Part shown: positions 59,907-64,000 of the stretch, in pieces
Layout: each line of letters begins with the position of its first letter
Numbering within the stretch: position 1 is the stretch's first letter
Source: Bacillales bacterium UBA4100
Lineage (GTDB): Bacteria; Bacillota; Bacilli; Paenibacillales; UBA4045
NCBI GenBank assembly: GCA_002383285.1
Contig: DFXU01000002.1
Span: forward strand, 3 to 64,002
Direction of reading: 5' to 3'
DNA: 64,000 nt
Made by a program: the position numbers and the translations under genes
The notes under the pieces: generated by a model
The model's input: only the letters and a program-made list of their open reading frames with translations
Told to the model about the DNA's origin: nothing
Database searches by the model: none

Positions 59907-61151
59907 TTATTTAATCTGACCATTACCATGAATAATGTATTTAGTCGATGTAAGCGCAGGTAAACCCATTGGACCTCGAGCATGAAGCTTCTGTGTGCTA
60001 ATACCAATCTCTGCACCGAAGCCAAATTCAAAGCCATCTGTGAAGCGTGTAGACGCATTGTGATAGACAGCGGCTGCATCGACCTCATTCAAGAATTGTA
60101 CTGCGTGGTCACTATTCTCAGTAACGATACATTCGGAATGCTGCGTACCATATTTTTGAATATGAGCAATAGCTTCATCAACATTAGCAACAATCTTGAC
60201 GGATAGAATGTAATCATTATATTCGGTGCTCCAATCCTCTTCATCAGCAGCATTAGCCCAAGGAATAAGCTTGCGTGTTGCTGAGCAGCCACGAATTTCT
60301 ACGTTGAGATTCTTCAGCTGCTCTCCTAAGGACAGGAGATGCTTGGCGGCATAAGCTTCATGTACTAATAAGGTTTCCATTGCATTACATACTGAGGGGC
60401 GCTGAACCTTAGCATTAATAGCGATGGCTTCGGCCATAGTTACCTGTGCTTGATCGTCAATAAATGTGTGGCACACGCCAGCCCCTGTCTCTATAACGGG
60501 TACCTTGGAGTTCATAACGACATTCTGAATGAGGGAATGTCCGCCGCGAGGAATGATTACATCTAGCACACCAATTAGTTTAAACATCTCGTCGACGGAG
60601 GCACGACTAGGATCATTAATTAGCTGTAATGCATCAAGCGGGATAGAGGAGCTCTTCAATGCACTCTTAAGAACCTTAATAATCTGATCATTCGAATGAA
60701 GAGCCGCTGACCCACCCCGTAGGACAACGGCATTCCCGGTCTTCAAGCATAATCCTGCAGCATCCACGGTTACATTCGGACGGGCTTCATATATAATGCC
60801 TATGACACCGATCGGTACACGGATCTTGCGTATGAATAGACCATTAGGTCGTGTCGTCTCTTCTAAGGTATCTCCCACAGGATCAGGCAGCTCAACTATC
60901 TGACGAAGTCCCTCAGCCATAGATTCGATTCTATCAGGATTTAAGGCAAGACGATCAAGGAGAGACTCGGTTGTTCCGTTATGACGACCGGCCTCAAGAT
61001 CAAGCTGATTAGCGGCTATTATGGAGTCCTGCTCCTTGATTAGAGCTGCTGCCATCTGAAGCAGTGCATGATTCTTCTGCTCAGTCGTCAGCTGACTAAG
61101 TATTCCTGAAGCTTGTTTGGCTAATTGTGCAATGGATCTTACATCACTCAT
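59907..61151 (-). CDS. proA: Gamma-glutamyl phosphate reductase
   Basis: 414 aa aldehyde dehydrogenase-type protein with VCNAMETLLVH catalytic Cys motif. Confidence 0.95.
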   Translation of the reverse strand: MSDVRSIAQLAKQASGILSQLTTEQKNHALLQMAAALIKEQDSIIAANQLDLEAGRHNGTTESLLDRLALNPDRIESMAEGLRQIVELPDPVGDTLEETTRPNGLFIRKIRVPIGVIGIIYEARPNVTVDAAGLCLKTGNAVVLRGGSAALHSNDQIIKVLKSALKSSSIPLDALQLINDPSRASVDEMFKLIGVLDVIIPRGGHSLIQNVVMNSKVPVIETGAGVCHTFIDDQAQVTMAEAIAINAKVQRPSVCNAMETLLVHEAYAAKHLLSLGEQLKNLNVEIRGCSATRKLIPWANAADEEDWSTEYNDYILSVKIVANVDEAIAHIQKYGTQHSECIVTENSDHAVQFLNEVDAAAVYHNASTRFTDGFEFGFGAEIGISTQKLHARGPMGLPALTSTKYIIHGNGQIK

Positions 61152-61175
61152 AATTCATAACCTCCTATAAAGTGT

Positions 61176-62279
61176 TTAACCCTCTGACGATACCCATTCA
61201 TCTCGATGGATAACCTCTGGTCGAATTACCTCAACTCTCTTCTGTACTTCATCAAGGGATAGCCCTGCAACTGCTGTTAATTGCCAGGAGGCATAGTTGA
61301 CTACACCACGACCAATGCGCTGTCGCTCCATTCCTATAACGTCTACAACGTCTCCAGGATGAAAGTCGCCGATCGTCTCTCTAACACCTGCTGGGAGTAA
61401 GCTCTTACCACCAGTCAGTAACGCCTTCATAGCGCCATCATCGACGATAATCGTTCCTTGTGGTGAGGAGTGGAAGCCGACCCACTGCTTCTTCATCGAT
61501 AGTGTATGCAGACTCGTCTCGAAGTAGGTACCCTTGCCACTACCTTCTACAGCGGATAATAAGTCACCTTCAACGTTAGCCTGTCCGATGAATACAGGAA
61601 TTCCTCCCCGTGTTGCTATTCGTGCAGCTTCGATCTTGGATCTCATGCCACCCGTACCTACTGCTGACCCAGCACCGCCTGCTATACGGAATATGTGCTC
61701 ATCAATCTGATCTACACGTTCGATTTTAATAGCTTCGGTATTCTTACGTGGGTCAGCGGTATACAGGCCATCCATATCGGTCACAATGAGCAGTCGAGAT
61801 GCCTTAACTACATTAGCAACAAGAGCAGACAAAGTATCGTTCTCACTAAATTTTAACTCATCTACGGACACAGTGTCATTCTCATTAATAATAGGAATAA
61901 CATGATGCTTCAATAATTCCTCGATGGTCATCAATGCATTATGAATTCGTTTGCGATTAGAGAAATCAGGACGAGTAAGTAGAAGCTGAGCTACACGATG
62001 GTCATATTGGGCAAATGCTTCATTATAGGCTTGCATCAATAAGGCTTGTCCCACTGCTGCTGCCGCTTGCTTCTCATGTAAATGCTTGGGTCGTTGTGTG
62101 TAACCGATGGACCGAAACCCTGCAGCAACAGCGCCCGACGTTACGAGCATCACGGAATAACCTGCTTGCTTAAGGCTAACGAGCTCTCTAGCGAAGAAAT
62201 TGATAGATTCTCGATGAATGCCTCCCCCGGGTGAGGTGAGGGAGCTGCTGCCTATCTTTACAACTATTATTGGACTCAT
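61176..62279 (-). CDS. proB: Glutamate 5-kinase with PUA domain
   Basis: 367 aa. VVKIGSSSLT amino-acid-kinase N-terminus plus a C-terminal PUA domain. Confidence 0.95.
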   Translation of the reverse strand: MSPIIVVKIGSSSLTSPGGGIHRESINFFARELVSLKQAGYSVMLVTSGAVAAGFRSIGYTQRPKHLHEKQAAAAVGQALLMQAYNEAFAQYDHRVAQLLLTRPDFSNRKRIHNALMTIEELLKHHVIPIINENDTVSVDELKFSENDTLSALVANVVKASRLLIVTDMDGLYTADPRKNTEAIKIERVDQIDEHIFRIAGGAGSAVGTGGMRSKIEAARIATRGGIPVFIGQANVEGDLLSAVEGSGKGTYFETSLHTLSMKKQWVGFHSSPQGTIIVDDGAMKALLTGGKSLLPAGVRETIGDFHPGDVVDVIGMERQRIGRGVVNYASWQLTAVAGLSLDEVQKRVEVIRPEVIHRDEWVSSEG

Positions 62280-62339
62280 AAGAATATCACTCCGTTAGCA
62301 AGACTATGTATAGTAATCAAGTTGGTAAATAAACAATCA

Positions 62340-62369
62340 TTGAGATAAAGTAGACATTTACTATATAAT
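62340..62369 (+). promoter_or_regulatory. Sigma-A-like promoter TTGAGA-18-TATAAT for fabV
   Basis: Hexamers read directly from the proB/fabV divergent intergenic region. Confidence 0.4.
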
Positions 62370-62411
62370 GCAGAATAGCATATCATTTTTCCAATCGAAA
62401 GGAAATGAACT

Positions 62412-63593
62412 ATGGTCATACAACCGAAAATTCGTGGATTCATCTGCACGACTGCACATCCTACTGGCTGTGCGGAGAACGTGAAGGAGCAAATCTCATA
62501 TGTGCAAAGTCAGCCGAGCATCGATGGTCCGAAGAAAGTACTCGTTCTTGGTGCCTCTACCGGGTTTGGTTTGGCATCACGCATCACTGCAGCATTCGGC
62601 AGTGGAGCAGCTACTATCGGTGTATTCTTCGAACGACCTGCTGAGAATGGGAGAACGGCATCAGCAGGCTGGTATAACACTGCCGCATTCGAGGATGCAG
62701 CGCGTGAAGCGGGCTTATATGCACATAGTATCAATGGTGATGCATTCTCCGATGATATTAAGCGTCAGACAATAGACTTAATTAAGTCACAGCTTGGACA
62801 AGTAGATATGGTTATCTACAGCTTGGCATCTCCACGGAGGACTGATCCTCGAACGGGTGAAACGTATAGCTCCGTACTTAAACCAATTGGTCAAGATTAC
62901 ACGAGTATCACCGTTGATACGAATGCAGGTGTAGTCTCCGAGGTTTCACTTGTAGCAGCAACGGAGGAAGAGCAGGCGCATACGGTGAAAGTCATGGGCG
63001 GCGAGGATTGGAGAATATGGCTAGAGGAGCTGAAGGCTGCGGGTGTACTAGCCGAAGGTGTTACAACGGTTGCTTATTCCTATATTGGACCCGTGATGAC
63101 GCATTCCGTTTATCGTGAGGGTACGATAGGCCGCGCTAAGGATCACTTGGAGCAGACAGCTCATGAGATACAAGGCTTCCTCGCAGATTTGCAGGGTCGA
63201 GCTTATGTGTCTGTTAACAAAGCGCTTGTTACTCAAGCGAGCTCCGCCATACCTGTAGTACCATTGTACATAGCCTTATTGTTCCGAGTGATGAAAGAAA
63301 AGGGACTTCATGAAGGCTGTATTGAGCAGATGTATCGCATGTTCGCTGATCGACTCTATAGTGGTTCAGAGGTAGCTACTGATGAGAAGGGCCGTGTTCG
63401 TGTAGATGATCTAGAGATGCGCGAGGATGTTCAACAGGAGGTTGCTAAGCTTTGGGACAAGGTAAACTCTGATAATCTAACGGACATCTCAGACATTGAG
63501 GGCTACCGAGAGGACTTCTTGAAATTATTCGGGTTTGGTGTTGCTGGCGTGGATTACGATGCGGATGTAGAAGAGAATGTGGATTTACAATAG
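62412..63593 (+). CDS. fabV: Trans-2-enoyl-CoA/ACP reductase (FabV/TER family)
   Basis: 393 aa. MVIQPKIRGFICTTAHPTGCAENVKEQI N-terminus is characteristic of FabV/TER. LGASTGFG NAD motif. Confidence 0.88.
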   Translation: MVIQPKIRGFICTTAHPTGCAENVKEQISYVQSQPSIDGPKKVLVLGASTGFGLASRITAAFGSGAATIGVFFERPAENGRTASAGWYNTAAFEDAAREAGLYAHSINGDAFSDDIKRQTIDLIKSQLGQVDMVIYSLASPRRTDPRTGETYSSVLKPIGQDYTSITVDTNAGVVSEVSLVAATEEEQAHTVKVMGGEDWRIWLEELKAAGVLAEGVTTVAYSYIGPVMTHSVYREGTIGRAKDHLEQTAHEIQGFLADLQGRAYVSVNKALVTQASSAIPVVPLYIALLFRVMKEKGLHEGCIEQMYRMFADRLYSGSEVATDEKGRVRVDDLEMREDVQQEVAKLWDKVNSDNLTDISDIEGYREDFLKLFGFGVAGVDYDADVEENVDLQ

Positions 63594-63630
63594 TGCTATA
63601 ATTGCTGCTTGGCGGCAAGTTGAACCACAG

Positions 63631-63654
63631 AGGGTCCTTCGGGACCCTTTTTTG
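63631..63654 (+). terminator. Intrinsic terminator after fabV
   Basis: AGGGTCC-TTCG-GGACCCT followed by T6. Confidence 0.85.
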
Positions 63655-63735
63655 TGTGGAATAGCTTATTGTACTAAAATTGTTTCAATCCTGATTGTTT
63701 GAGTCATGTTGTTCGGTATTTTCCTGATTCAGTAG

Positions 63736-64000
63736 CTACATTAATTTCTGACGATTCGCTCGATATTGTCCAGGAGATATTCCCTCGTGTTGGCGAAATA
63801 AGCGGGCAAAATAATTTATGCTAGATATGCCAACTTGCTCTCCCACCTCACCGACCGTCAAATTGCTCTGTATTAGAAGTATCTTAGCTTTCTCCATCTG
63901 TAGATGGTGTCGATATTGAAGGGGGCTTAAACCGGTAAATTGCTTCAAGCAGCGAGATAGATAATCAAAATGGAAATGTAAGGTATGCTGCATATGATCC
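63736..64000 (-). CDS. AraC-family transcriptional regulator, C-terminal HTH part (5' end outside window)
   Basis: Second AraC HTH signature (IGISSINYFARLFRQHEGISPGQYR). The frame stays open to the window edge. Confidence 0.8.
   Translation of the reverse strand, partial: DHMQHTLHFHFDYLSRCLKQFTGLSPLQYRHHLQMEKAKILLIQSNLTVGEVGEQVGISSINYFARLFRQHEGISPGQYRANRQKLM

Noticed and set aside
62280-62411. Looked for a proline T-box leader upstream of proB, as recalled for B. subtilis.
   Set aside because: Only 132 nt are shared with the divergent fabV promoter. No specifier-loop/T-box conserved sequence or terminator is visible.
1-64000. Scan for mobile elements, prophage or island boundaries, tRNA/rRNA genes and toxin-antitoxin pairs.
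   Set aside because: No integrase, transposase or recombinase ORFs, no terminal inverted repeats and no tRNA-like cloverleaf candidates were seen. Synteny breaks are small gene substitutions rather than an inserted island.

Overview
This 64-kb window comes from the chromosome of an endospore-forming Firmicute. Gene order follows the Bacillus subtilis region der-gpsA-spoIVA-hbs-mtrB-hepS-menH-hepT-ndk-cheR-aroFBH-trpEDCFBA-hisC-tyrA ... qcrABC-ypjABCD-dapB-mgsA-bshB1-bshA-cca-birA-panBCD-dinG ... asnS-dnaD. The genes that interrupt this synteny look Paenibacillaceae-like, but that is inference only. I call about 66 protein-coding genes, nearly all housekeeping and mostly on the + strand. The last 8 kb carries a tightly packed minus-strand proB-proA-proC-mtnW-mtnX-mtnB string, then fabV and a truncated AraC-family gene. 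I saw no rRNA, tRNA, CRISPR, transposase, integrase or phage genes.

The notable non-coding signals are:
- a TRAP-type trp attenuator with nine perfectly phased (G/U)AG triplets plus a terminator; the TRAP gene mtrB is also in the window;
- a structured leader with terminator/antiterminator logic upstream of panB;
- an orphan consensus promoter plus intrinsic terminator after tyrA, a candidate ~70-nt sRNA;
- a TGTGA-N6-TCACA palindrome upstream of hbd-ackA, with rex encoded 4 kb away;
- an SD-sequestering hairpin before ypjB;
- three tandem 51-61-bp hairpin-containing repeats between dnaD and mtnB.

I do not see convincing evidence for a wholly new multi-gene system. The best candidates for under-described biology are listed with modest scores. 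Start codons were re-chosen where the ORF track extended upstream of an obvious Shine-Dalgarno (SD) sequence.
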